Assembly: GCA_022791255.1 (NCBI GenBank)
Contig: JAAVYR010000004.1
Span: forward strand, 92,094 to 156,093
Direction of reading: 5' to 3'
Source: Peptococcaceae bacterium
GTDB lineage: Bacteria > Bacillota > Dehalobacteriia > UBA4068 > JAAVYR01
DNA: 64,000 bases
Part shown: piece by piece, positions 1-8,480 of the stretch
How positions within the stretch are numbered: the stretch's first letter is position 1
Layout: each line of letters opens with the position of its first letter
Program-made: the position numbers and the translations under genes
Notes under the pieces: generated by a model
The model's database searches: none
The model's input: the letters and a program-made list of their open reading frames with translations, nothing else
What the model was told of the DNA's origin: nothing

Positions 1-924
1 CTGAGGATGGGCCAAAACCCCATGCTGATGAATACCAGACTCATGACGAAAAGCATTATGCCCTACCACCGGCTTATTAGCTGCCATATCCACTGCCGTC
101 AGACTCTCCGTCAGCTTACTGGTCCGATAGATTTGCTTGGTATCCACGCCACAAGTAAAACCATAGTGGTCCTTGCGCACGGCAAGGCCCATGACTACTT
201 CTTCCAGGCTAGCGTTGCCTGCCCGCTCCCCGATACCATTCATGGTGCATTCTACTTGCCGTGCACCGGCCACAACGCCGGCTAGCGAGTTGGCGACTGC
301 AAGCCCTAAGTCATTATGGCAATGGACAGAAATCACCGCTTGATGAATATTGGGCACATGGTCCAGAATGCCGCGAATAAAATCTCCATATTCCTCAGGA
401 GTAGCATATCCTACCGTATCCGGCACATTGACAGTGGTAGCCCCTGCTGCTATCACTTGCTCCAACACTTGATAAAGGAAACCCCGCTCACTGCGGAAGG
501 CGTCCTCTGCCGAAAACTCAATATCCGAGCAAAACCGTTTCCCATACTTCACAGCAGATACTGCCGCCTCTAATACCTGTTCCGGTCGTTTCTTTAATTT
601 ATATTCCATATGCAGGGGAGAAGTAGCCAGGAAGATATGGATACGAGGAGACACCCCCTCTTTTACCGCTTGCCAACAAGCGTCAATATCTGCTGGCAAG
701 GCTCGACAAAGGCCACACACAGAAATATCCTTTAGTTCCCGAGCGATTTTCGTTACCGCTTCCCGGTCCCCCTTAGAGGCAGCAGGAAAGCCGGCCTCTA
801 TCACATCTACCCCCAACCGTTCCAGCTGACGACTAAGAGCCAGTTTTTCGGCAATATTTAAATTAATGCCCGGGGTTTGTTCCCCATCTCGCAAGGTCGT
901 ATCAAAAATCTTAATCTGCTCCAT
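1..924 (-). CDS. 2-isopropylmalate/citramalate synthase family protein (LeuA/CimA HMGL-like domain). N-terminal ~308 aa only; the gene continues past the left window edge.
   Basis: Reverse translation from complement of 924 gives [65 protein letters not shown], the typical LeuA/CimA N-terminus. Not in the ORF track because it runs off the window. Confidence 0.7.
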   Translation of the reverse strand, partial: MEQIKIFDTTLRDGEQTPGINLNIAEKLALSRQLERLGVDVIEAGFPAASKGDREAVTKIARELKDISVCGLCRALPADIDACWQAVKEGVSPRIHIFLATSPLHMEYKLKKRPEQVLEAAVSAVKYGKRFCSDIEFSAEDAFRSERGFLYQVLEQVIAAGATTVNVPDTVGYATPEEYGDFIRGILDHVPNIHQAVISVHCHNDLGLAVANSLAGVVAGARQVECTMNGIGERAGNASLEEVVMGLAVRKDHYGFTCGVDTKQIYRTSKLTESLTAVDMAANKPVVGHNAFRHESGIHQHGVLAHPQ

Positions 925-939
925 TTACGCGCACCTCTC

Positions 940-1290
940 TTTCTTGGTTCATCAATAAAAAAGTCCTATGTCTTTTCAAAATGAAAAGACATAGGACGAA
1001 ATCACCTTCCGCGGTACCACCTATCTTCACTCTTTTGCAGATGAGTAAAAGCTATCTCACCACACAAAAAAGCACATCTCAAATGCCTGATTACGGAGGC
1101 TGCCGTCAGCAACTACCCAAAGCATAACTTGCTCCTTCCCTGCTGCCACTAAAAGGATGAGAAGAAATAACCAACCCCAAAGCCTTGCACCAACCGGCTT
1201 CTCTCTGCAAGGACCGATTATCTCCATTTCCCTATCATCGTGTTTCCCATATAAAAAACCTTAAATTTGGCTTTATGGTAGCACAGGAAC
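940..1290 (-). promoter_or_regulatory. T-box leader RNA upstream of the leuA/cimA-type gene, with T-box sequence and intrinsic terminator.
   Basis: Minus-sense AGGTGGTACCGCGGAAGG (plus 1006-1023) matches the T-box consensus AGGGUGGNACCGCG. It is followed by a terminator hairpin GTCCTATGTCTTTTC..GAAAAGACATAGGAC (plus 963-997) and a T-run, located 20-60 nt before the start codon. Specifier codon not resolved. Confidence 0.55.
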
Positions 1291-1308
1291 AGGCCTTTGT
1301 CAAGGCCG

Positions 1309-1833
1309 TCACTCTTTTATAGTCTGGTCGCAATCCGCCTGGGCTAGAAGCCCTCCCTTTTCTAATGCCAAGATAAACACTGTAGAAAGCACAGCACCGC
1401 CAACAGTCGACACCAAGAATGGAAACATATAAGCATAAAAAGCAATTTCCCCAGCACTTTTGCCTAGGAAGAAAATGGCAACAGGATAAGCACACAACCC
1501 ACCCAGCACTGCCGTGCCAAAAACTTCCGCTAGTAGGGTAAGGGGAATATTCCGCGTATAGCGGTAGATAAGGCCGCAAAGAAGCGCCCCCAGCATGCTG
1601 CCGGGGAAAGCCATCAAACTGCCAATGCCAAAAAGATTGCGGATGAGGCTCGCCGAAAAAGCAACCCCCACACCATACCAAGGCCCCAACAACACCGCAC
1701 ATAAAATATTCACCGTGTGCTGCACCGGCGCACACTTACTCCCCAGCACCGGGAAAGAAAAAAGACTGCCAATCACTGCCACAGCACAAAGAATGGCTGC
1801 CAAACATAGTTTCTTTGTTTGAGAAGATTTCAT
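1309..1833 (-). CDS. thiW: ECF-transporter S component, ThiW-like (thiamine-precursor transporter), small integral membrane protein.
   Basis: 174 aa with 5-6 TM segments and the GPWYG / FPGSM motifs typical of the ThiW family. Good RBS (AAAAAAGGAG). A TPP riboswitch lies upstream on the same strand. Confidence 0.55.
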   Translation of the reverse strand: MKSSQTKKLCLAAILCAVAVIGSLFSFPVLGSKCAPVQHTVNILCAVLLGPWYGVGVAFSASLIRNLFGIGSLMAFPGSMLGALLCGLIYRYTRNIPLTLLAEVFGTAVLGGLCAYPVAIFFLGKSAGEIAFYAYMFPFLVSTVGGAVLSTVFILALEKGGLLAQADCDQTIKE

Positions 1834-2029
1834 TATCTCAGCTCCTTTTTTATGAAAAGATACATCTTCAAGAACAACAGTTACAGCAAGGTTCTTAAAG
1901 AGCGGTCGAAGCTTATTGGCTTCCTCTCACGCCGGAACACGGCTTCCCATCGCTGTAAACACTAGATACAGGGCGCTCCCCCTCTATCCGCCTGGACTTA
2001 CCAGGAGTGCTGTTCTTCACATCCTTTCA

Positions 2030-2291
2030 TAAAAAAGTATCAACAAAAAACAAGGAGACACCCCCGCCTGATGAGGGTATCTCCGTAATACTTAACGAAA
2101 CAGGTCAAACAAAACATAAAGTAATCTTATCAAAAAATCTTGAGCTTCTGCTAACAGCTATTTTCAAATACTTTATCTTTTGTCACTGTTACTGTTACGA
2201 TTACCATGACTTCCTACGGCGGCATTACCCGCATCAGGTGTAAGGGTCGAAGTATCAGTACTTCCTCTCAGCCTGCAAGACAAGCTCCCCT
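2030..2291 (-). ncRNA. TPP (THI-box) riboswitch with terminator-type expression platform.
   Basis: Minus-sense aptamer AGGGGAGC..GGCUGAGAGG..ACCCUUACACCUGAUGCGGGUAAUGCCGCCGUAGGAAG (plus 2199-2291) matches the TPP consensus (CUGAGA, ACCUGAU.GG.UAAUGCC.GCGUAGGGAAG). Downstream hairpin GGAGAUACCCUCAUCAGGCGGGGGUGUCUCC (plus 2054-2084) is followed by a U-run. Confidence 0.8.
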
Positions 2292-2472
2292 GTATTTTGT
2301 TATGTTCATCATATCACAGCAGATTTCTTTCTGCAAGACAGGAAAAAGATAAACCATCGCGAATATCTTAAGAAACATCTTTTGTATTTTTTTATTCCAC
2401 AACACCCGCAGCATTATCTTAGACGCCTCGAAATAGCACTCTTCAGGGTGATAAGCAGAAAAGAGAGTTTAT

Positions 2473-3900
2473 ATGAAACTGATTTTCGGTGCAGAAAAAA
2501 CCATTTCTAATAAAATCAAGCTAACCTATAAAAAACGCTACATCCAAAACCCCAGTCTAACCATTATGGCAAGCTTTGCCGCCATTATTTTATGTGGGGC
2601 TTTTTTGTTATGCCTCTCCGCCACCAGCCGTACAGGTGAGGGCATGAACTTTCTAGACGCACTATTTACAGCCACTTCTTGCGTGTGTGTGACGGGCCTT
2701 TCTGTTGCAGACACCGGCACCACCTTTAATATCTGGGGCCAGCTTACCATGCTGCTTTTAATTCAAGCGGGAGGCTTAGGCTTTATGACCATTGCCACCG
2801 GGCTGATTTCCTTCCGCCGCAAAGGTATCTCCCTACGGCAAAGGATGCTCCTCAAGGAAACCTTTGGTAATGACGCCTTAACAGACGCCACAAACCTGAC
2901 CAAGCGAGTGCTGCTCTTTACCCTCACCTTTGAGCTGATTGGTGCGTTTTTCCTCTTCCTGGCCTTCTTACCTACTACTTCTTTGGAGGAAGCAGCTTGG
3001 TTTGGCCTCTTCCATTCTGTATCTGCTTTTAACAATGCAGGCTTTGATGTGCTGGGTAACGGCAACAGCCTTTATGCCCAGCAGCAAAATATACTTTTAA
3101 ATATCACCATGTATTTTCTCATTATCAGCGGAGGCTTAGGCTTCCTCACCCATAGCCAGCTGCTTTCTAGCTTTCAGCAGCGGCAACGTTACAAATCCCT
3201 TTCCTTATCCCTCAAGAAAAACCTTTCACTGCAAAGTAAAATCATCTTAAAAACAATGCTTTTCCTGGTATTCACCGGCGCGCTTACTTTCTTGTGTCTA
3301 GAGTATCACAACCCCACAACCATCGGAGATTTACCCCTGGGGCATAAAATCGCCACCTCCTTCTTTCAATCTATTACCTACCGCACCGCTGGCTTTAGCA
3401 CGGTAAATTTAGCAGAAGCATCTACTGCTAGTCAGTTCTTAGCCATTCTCTTCATGTTTATCGGGGCGTCGCCTGCCTCTACAGGCGGCGGCATCAAGAC
3501 CACCACGGTCTTTGTCCTTTGGCTGAAACTAAAAGCGACCCTGCAAGGAGACAGTGAGGTCCGCTATCGCAACCGCACCATCGGTACAAACACCCTTTCT
3601 AATGCTTTGACCATTATGGGACTCGCTGGCTCCTTAGTGCTTTTTACGACCCTGTTGTTGACCATCAGTGAGCCACGGCTGCCCTTTATGGCATTACTCT
3701 TTGAGGCAGTGTCCGCCTTCAGCACCACTGGGCTTAGCCTAGGCATTACCCCAGAGTTAAACAGCTTTAGCAAGGCACTACTTATCGCCTCTATGTTCAT
3801 TGGCAGAGTAGGGTTCCTGACGGTACTGTATGCCATCAGCGATAGAGACAACCCAGACAACTTACTCAGATACCCCACACAGGAGCTATCCGTGGGATAA
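2473..3900 (+). CDS. ktrB: TrkH/KtrB-family potassium uptake membrane subunit.
   Basis: 475 aa polytopic membrane protein with repeated selectivity-filter-like motifs (ATGLISF, NNAGFD, STGGGIKTTT). Followed directly by a KtrA/TrkA-type gene. Confidence 0.85.
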   Translation: MKLIFGAEKTISNKIKLTYKKRYIQNPSLTIMASFAAIILCGAFLLCLSATSRTGEGMNFLDALFTATSCVCVTGLSVADTGTTFNIWGQLTMLLLIQAGGLGFMTIATGLISFRRKGISLRQRMLLKETFGNDALTDATNLTKRVLLFTLTFELIGAFFLFLAFLPTTSLEEAAWFGLFHSVSAFNNAGFDVLGNGNSLYAQQQNILLNITMYFLIISGGLGFLTHSQLLSSFQQRQRYKSLSLSLKKNLSLQSKIILKTMLFLVFTGALTFLCLEYHNPTTIGDLPLGHKIATSFFQSITYRTAGFSTVNLAEASTASQFLAILFMFIGASPASTGGGIKTTTVFVLWLKLKATLQGDSEVRYRNRTIGTNTLSNALTIMGLAGSLVLFTTLLLTISEPRLPFMALLFEAVSAFSTTGLSLGITPELNSFSKALLIASMFIGRVGFLTVLYAISDRDNPDNLLRYPTQELSVG

Positions 3901-3940
3901 TTTTTCGTCACTTCCACTCCTCAGAAAGGCGGTTATTTTT

Positions 3941-4597
3941 ATGAAAAAGCAATATGCAGTCATCGGTATGGGTACCTTTGGCATGGCCCTGGCCGAAACC
4001 CTTATTTCCCATGGACAAGAGGTCCTCGCCATCGACTTAAAACACCAGCGGGTACAAGAGCTTTCTGATACCTTTGACCATGTAGTCCAGGCTGACGCCC
4101 GGGACCCAAAAGCATTAAAGGCCTTAGGTATTGATACCTTCGATGCGGTTATCGTTTCCATTGGCGACCGAGTAGCAGATACCATCTTTCTCACCCTCAC
4201 CCTAAAGGAACTGGGGGTAGAAACGGTCATCGTCACCACCAGTGACGACCAACAGGGGAAAGTACTGGAAAAGGTCGGCGCTACAAAAATCGTCTATCCT
4301 GTCCGAGACATGGGAGAACGGGTGGCGCTCAGCCTCCTTAATACCCGTCTGACCGACTATATGGAGCTGGCCCCTGGCTATATGCTGGTAGAGACGGCAC
4401 TGCCCGCAAAATTTGCCGGACAAACCTTAAAAGAGCTAAACCTGCGGGCAAAATACAAAGTAACCGTCATCGTTATCAAGCGGCAAGATACCATCATGAT
4501 TAACCCCGAACCGGATATAGCATTCCAGGCAGAGGATAATATCGTACTCCTAGGCGACAGCAAAAAAATCCAACAATGCGTCGAGGATTTTAGTTAA
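3941..4597 (+). CDS. ktrA: KtrA/TrkA-type K+ uptake regulatory subunit (RCK_N NAD-binding plus RCK_C).
   Basis: MKKQYAVIGMGTFG Rossmann motif followed by a TrkA-C domain. The ORF-track start at 3830 is in-frame upstream; 3941 is preferred from the N-terminal GxGxxG position. Confidence 0.85.
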   Translation: MKKQYAVIGMGTFGMALAETLISHGQEVLAIDLKHQRVQELSDTFDHVVQADARDPKALKALGIDTFDAVIVSIGDRVADTIFLTLTLKELGVETVIVTTSDDQQGKVLEKVGATKIVYPVRDMGERVALSLLNTRLTDYMELAPGYMLVETALPAKFAGQTLKELNLRAKYKVTVIVIKRQDTIMINPEPDIAFQAEDNIVLLGDSKKIQQCVEDFS

Positions 4598-4622
4598 ACA
4601 AAATAAGAGCAGCATAAGCTAA

Positions 4623-4722
4623 GATCCTTCACTAGCGTTCAGGATGACATTAGCATTCAGGATGATACGAGCGTTCAGGATGACATTAGCATTCAGGATG
4701 ATACGAGCGTTCAGGATGACAT
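4623..4722. repeat. Tandem array, ~5.5 copies of an alternating 18-bp unit (AGCGTTCAGGATGACATT / AGCATTCAGGATGATACG).
   Basis: Directly visible periodic TTCAGGATGA core every 18 bp. The core is shared with the dispersed hairpin repeat family (..CTCAGGATGACA). Confidence 0.85.
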
Positions 4723-4736
4723 TTAAGGGGACGGCA

Positions 4737-4766
4737 TTGACAGCCGCCCCCGGCTAAGAGTAAAAT
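4737..4766 (+). promoter_or_regulatory. Sigma-A type promoter for tRNA-Arg(CCU): TTGACA-18-TAAAAT.
   Basis: TTGACA at 4737-4742 and TAAAAT at 4761-4766 with a GC palindrome (GCCGCCCCCGGC) in the spacer, 27 nt upstream of the tRNA. Confidence 0.6.
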
Positions 4767-4793
4767 AAACAGGCTATCTATATTTGCGGTTAT

Positions 4794-4868
4794 GCTTCCG
4801 TAGTTAAATGGATATAACAGCCCCCTCCTAAGGGGCAGTTGTGGGTTCGATTCCCGCCGGGAGTACCA
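4794..4868 (+). tRNA. tRNA-Arg (anticodon CCU).
   Basis: Cloverleaf folds by hand. Acceptor GCTTCCG/CGGGAGT, D-stem GTTA/TAAC, anticodon stem GCCCC/GGGGC with loop CTCCTAA, T-arm GTGGG-TTCGATT-CCCGC, encoded 3' CCA. The minus-strand ORF (4686..4958) translating through it is an artefact. Confidence 0.8.
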
Positions 4869-4872
4869 AATA

Positions 4873-4907
4873 AAAAGCAAAACTGCTTTGAGCAGTTTTG
4901 CTTTTTC
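4873..4907 (+). terminator. Rho-independent terminator after tRNA-Arg.
   Basis: AAAAGCAAAACTGCTTTGAGCAGTTTTGCTTTTTC hairpin plus T-run. Confidence 0.7.
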
Positions 4908-4965
4908 TATAATTTTCCTAAATATAGATAGCCATAAAATTATGCTAAGGAACCGCAAAAGAACA

Positions 4966-5460
4966 ATGACTATCTATCAGCAGCAGCAATCATTAGAATT
5001 TTATATGCAGGAAGCATTATTAGAGGCAGAAAAAGCCCAGGCGCATGGAGATATCCCAGTAGGTGCCGTCATCGTGCGCCAAGGGGAAATCATTGCCCGG
5101 GGGCACAACCTACGGGAGCAGGAACAATCTGTCCTGCTCCATGCTGAAATGGTTGCCATTGCTGAAGCCTGCCAGGTTTTGGGTAGCTGGCGCCTCAAGG
5201 ACTGCGACCTCTATGTTACCTTAGAGCCCTGCCCTATGTGTGCAGGTGCCATCATCCAAGCCCAAATCAAAACAGTTATCTTTGGTGCAGATGACAGCAA
5301 ATGGGGCGCCGGCGGCAGCCTTTTCCAGCTGCTAGAGTCGCCCCTTTTAAACTATCAGGCAGAAGTTATCAGCGGCATTTGCGCCCCAGAGAGTAAAGCC
5401 TTGTTACAACAGTTTTTTCTCAACCGGCGAAATTCATCTAAGTCAGGTAATGACAGATAA
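4966..5460 (+). CDS. tadA: tRNA-specific adenosine deaminase (TadA; CMP/dCMP deaminase zinc-binding).
   Basis: HAEMVAI...PCPMCAGAI zinc-binding motifs. The ORF is open from 4888, but that would overlap the tRNA terminator; the start is placed at the in-frame ATG at 4966. Confidence 0.8.
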   Translation: MTIYQQQQSLEFYMQEALLEAEKAQAHGDIPVGAVIVRQGEIIARGHNLREQEQSVLLHAEMVAIAEACQVLGSWRLKDCDLYVTLEPCPMCAGAIIQAQIKTVIFGADDSKWGAGGSLFQLLESPLLNYQAEVISGICAPESKALLQQFFLNRRNSSKSGNDR

Positions 5461-5490
5461 AAGACCATACTGCTAGCAGTATGGTCTTTT
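5459..5490 (+). terminator. Terminator after tadA.
   Basis: AAGACCATACTGCTAGCAGTATGGTCTTTTGTTT perfect hairpin plus T-run. Confidence 0.7.
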
Positions 5491-5635
5491 GTTTACAAGA
5501 GGTAAGACTTTCTTCTTGATTACATGTCAGATGTCACATTTCCCATCACTTTGCATATGATGAAAAAAGAAAGAGGGCGCAATAGCTAATCCTTTTGTTT
5601 ACAAGCTATGGCACCTAGCGAAAGGAGAGACGGGA

Positions 5636-6814
5636 ATGACACAGGAACAACAAGACTTCACCGTAGAACAGCAACCTTCCGCTTCCTCTCCCCAAGATGA
5701 GATTGTCAAAGACGATAAAGTATACACTGCCTATCCCATGCCCAAAGAAGAAACAGAGGAAAAAGAACCCCCCACCTATGAACAAGGTCCTGGCTATTAT
5801 CAGACCAGAAGCGGCTATTACCGACAATATGAACGAACAGAACAGGCAGAACCTTGGACCAATACACAGCGCCAACAAGGAGGCCAAACCTATCAAAACC
5901 CCTCTGGTGGCCAAAGGCAACAATACACCAATCACAATACAAATTTCCAGCAAAACCAAGGACAAAACCAAAATCAGTATCAATATCAAAACCAATATCA
6001 AGGCAGACAAACCAACCAAAACAGACAATATCAAAACCAGCAACGCCAACAAAACCAGCAGTATCAGCAGTACCAATATCAACAGCAACAACAGCAATCC
6101 TATGGGCAAAATCAAAATCAACAAAACCAAAACCAGCAGCAGACGGCAAATGGTCAAGGCGCTCCATCTATGACGCAAATCGTCAATCAAATCCTACAAG
6201 CGCTGCAGCAAAACAGCAATGCAAACAGCAGCGGCGGAACTGCTGCCGCCAACAATACCAATAATACCAATAATGCTAACACTACAACAGCTGGCAACAA
6301 CAACGGCAACGGAAACACCAGCGCCAGTGCTGGATCTCTCCTGACCCAGCTGGCTCCAGTTATCAAATCTTTTATGAATAATGGCGGAGCTGCTGCCGGA
6401 CAAAACGGCAATACCATCCAGGCCATTACTAACTTCATCAACCAAAACGGCGGCATCGGCGCTGTGCTGAATATGCTAGGTGCAGCCGGCGGCGGACTGG
6501 GCAATACCTCAAGCGCCGCTAGTGCAGCCACCGGTGGCGGTTTACTGGGCAGCTTAGGCTCTTATCTGGGGAAAACGCTCCGAGGCAAACCCCTCAGAGG
6601 CAGTAATATGGGGCAGATGAACCAAATGGGGCAAATGGGTGCCATGGGACAAAGAGGCCCAAATGGTTCTGGGAATATGGGCGGCAGGGGCTACGGAGGC
6701 CCCGGTAATATGCCTGGCAGCTATGGCATGCCTACTTATGGCGGCGGGCCCCAAGGGCAAAACCTGCCGTCTTGGAATGAAGTCCAGCAAATGGTCAATA
6801 ACTGGAGAAAATAA
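5636..6814 (+). CDS. Q/N/Y/G-rich low-complexity (prion-like domain) protein of unknown function.
   Basis: 392 aa with strong RBS GAAAGGAGAGACGGGA-ATG. Long tracts of QNQ, QYQ, NNTNN, GGxG and MGQM repeats. The three other overlapping track ORFs (5615-6190 -, 5697-6173 +, 5706-6167 -) are frame artefacts of the repeats. Terminator at 6838-6872. Confidence 0.6.
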   Translation: MTQEQQDFTVEQQPSASSPQDEIVKDDKVYTAYPMPKEETEEKEPPTYEQGPGYYQTRSGYYRQYERTEQAEPWTNTQRQQGGQTYQNPSGGQRQQYTNHNTNFQQNQGQNQNQYQYQNQYQGRQTNQNRQYQNQQRQQNQQYQQYQYQQQQQQSYGQNQNQQNQNQQQTANGQGAPSMTQIVNQILQALQQNSNANSSGGTAAANNTNNTNNANTTTAGNNNGNGNTSASAGSLLTQLAPVIKSFMNNGGAAAGQNGNTIQAITNFINQNGGIGAVLNMLGAAGGGLGNTSSAASAATGGGLLGSLGSYLGKTLRGKPLRGSNMGQMNQMGQMGAMGQRGPNGSGNMGGRGYGGPGNMPGSYGMPTYGGGPQGQNLPSWNEVQQMVNNWRK

Positions 6815-6987
6815 TAAAAAACATGCTCTATAAAAATAAAAGAGAACTGTTATAGGTACAGTTCTCTTTTATTTTGAGAAACAGGTCGAAAGATGACAAA
6901 GATTTTTTCTCAGCGGGCATATTCCCTTCCCCTGGTGCATATGGTTATGTAACTGTAAATGTGAGAAAGCACACAGGAGGGATTGGT

Positions 6988-8436
6988 ATGGATAAGATTT
7001 ATTTTCCAATAGAAAAAACAGTGTTCCTACCACGGGAAAAAGCTCCCATTGGCAAAATGGAACAAGTAACGACAAAGGCAAAAATAGACGCCATCGAACC
7101 GGCACAAACAGGCTGGCTCTGCTATGGCAAGCTATTAATAGATTTAACATACACCCCCATGGGGACAGGACGGGAAAAACACCAAGAACAATGGAAACAA
7201 GTTTCCCAACAGCTGCTGGCTATGGGAAAAGATACGAAAGAAAGCTGCTCTATTATCGTGGATTTCATTCAGGAACTACCCGACAGAGACTTTACCTATG
7301 GTTGTGAATTTGATGCAGATGTACAGAAGAAGACCTGGCAGCAAATAGCCAGCAACGCCCTAGAAATCGGCGTCGACATCGCCCTCTCTGTACGAGAAAA
7401 GCAAAAAAAGGCCGTACAAGATATGGCTGAAGCCCAAGACCATTGCATGGTGTTAGAACAAGACAGCTTCTCCCTAGAGGAAAAAAAGGCAGACCCTTCC
7501 CGCACCAAAAAAGCCACAGCACAAGAACCAGAAGAACTTTACTACTATGCAGATGAAGAAGGCTGCGCCATGACGACCCTAGATAGCAATGAAGATACCC
7601 TTGTTTTCTGTCCGACTCCACCAGCAGAAGAAAAAACTGATAGTTGCCATTATCCGGTAGATTTCACCCAAAAAGAACTTTGCCCCACAGAAGAAGGTAC
7701 CGGCAGTAAAGGACAGCATCTTTTGGGGAAGCAACCGAAAGACCATTGCAAGCCAGAGGCAGAACTGGTATTAGAAGGAGACATGGCCTTCCAAGCGAAC
7801 TGCCCGGCAGAACCTGAAAAAGAAAAGAAAACAGAACCGAAGAAAACCGACCATGTAGATTGCTGTCTGGAAGAAAACGAAGAGGCTGCCCCCTGTCTTG
7901 CAGAAAGAAAAGCAGAAGTAACAGAAAAAATAATAGAAATGGAAACAGAAACCCGCATCATAACCAATACCAATGAAAACAATGCTGTCGCAGAAAAACC
8001 AACTGATACTGTAGATACGACAGATACGACGAATGAAACAGAAGAAGTTTGCATCAATGAAGAAATGGTATTAGAAACGGCCCCGCTCCCAGCAGAAGAC
8101 AACACCGATGAAGCCTGTGAAGTGGTACCACTACCCTTGCCTGGCAAAGAAAAACATCACTTCTGGAAAGGTAAAAGGGATAAAAAAGGAGATTTTTCAT
8201 TATCAGACATACCAGATATGTCAGATATGACGCCTCCCTTCTCTGCCACACCTGCTGAAAAACCAGCAGAGCCCAAAAAAGGCTACCGCTTAAAATTTTA
8301 TGTGGTGCAGGGCGGCGAAGACCTAGCTGCCATCGCCGAAAAGCATAGCGTCAGCCCAGACAGCATCCTAGCCGCCAATAAAAATATCAGCGAAGAAGAC
8401 ATCCGCACCGGCATGGTACTCTCCATCCCTATGTAA
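6988..8436 (+). CDS. spoVID: SpoVID/SipL-like sporulation protein: N-terminal domain, long acidic Glu/Asp-rich region and C-terminal LysM domain.
   Basis: RBS AGGAGGGATTGGT-ATG at 6988. C-terminal YRLKFYVVQGGEDLAAIAEKHSVSPDSILAANKNISEEDIRTGMVLSIP is a clear LysM. The acidic middle and the downstream ysxE-like CotS-family gene mirror the B. subtilis spoVID-ysxE operon. Confidence 0.5.
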   Translation: MDKIYFPIEKTVFLPREKAPIGKMEQVTTKAKIDAIEPAQTGWLCYGKLLIDLTYTPMGTGREKHQEQWKQVSQQLLAMGKDTKESCSIIVDFIQELPDRDFTYGCEFDADVQKKTWQQIASNALEIGVDIALSVREKQKKAVQDMAEAQDHCMVLEQDSFSLEEKKADPSRTKKATAQEPEELYYYADEEGCAMTTLDSNEDTLVFCPTPPAEEKTDSCHYPVDFTQKELCPTEEGTGSKGQHLLGKQPKDHCKPEAELVLEGDMAFQANCPAEPEKEKKTEPKKTDHVDCCLEENEEAAPCLAERKAEVTEKIIEMETETRIITNTNENNAVAEKPTDTVDTTDTTNETEEVCINEEMVLETAPLPAEDNTDEACEVVPLPLPGKEKHHFWKGKRDKKGDFSLSDIPDMSDMTPPFSATPAEKPAEPKKGYRLKFYVVQGGEDLAAIAEKHSVSPDSILAANKNISEEDIRTGMVLSIPM

Positions 8437-8480
8437 AAAGGTAAAAACACCGAGCATAACAGGGAAAAGGAGGGTCGGTC

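Noticed and set aside
7-573. Plus-strand ORFs 7..285 and 316..573.
   Set aside because: They lie antisense to a clearly conserved LeuA/CimA-family coding sequence and have no RBS. They are frame artefacts.
1834-2029. Possible second, tandem TPP aptamer.
   Set aside because: Conserved blocks are present only as fragments and in the wrong order. Reported as a low-interest finding rather than a feature.
2007-2243. 78-aa plus-strand ORF.
   Set aside because: It overlaps the TPP riboswitch aptamer and expression platform on the opposite strand. No RBS and a low-complexity translation.
2292-2472. c-di-AMP (ydaO-type) riboswitch upstream of ktrB.
   Set aside because: The leader is AT-rich and lacks the GC-rich pseudo-symmetric conserved blocks. 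It cannot be supported by eye.
4686-4958. 90-aa minus-strand ORF.
   Set aside because: It translates through tRNA-Arg(CCU) and its terminator (the WYSRRESNPQ motif is the reverse reading of a tRNA T-arm).
5615-6531. Several long ORFs on both strands inside the Q/N-rich gene (5615..6190 -, 5697..6173 +, 5706..6167 -, 5854..6264 +, 6187..6531 -).
   Set aside because: All are produced by the trinucleotide-like CAA/CAG/AAC repeats. Only the 5636..6814 frame has an RBS, a sensible N-terminus and a terminator.
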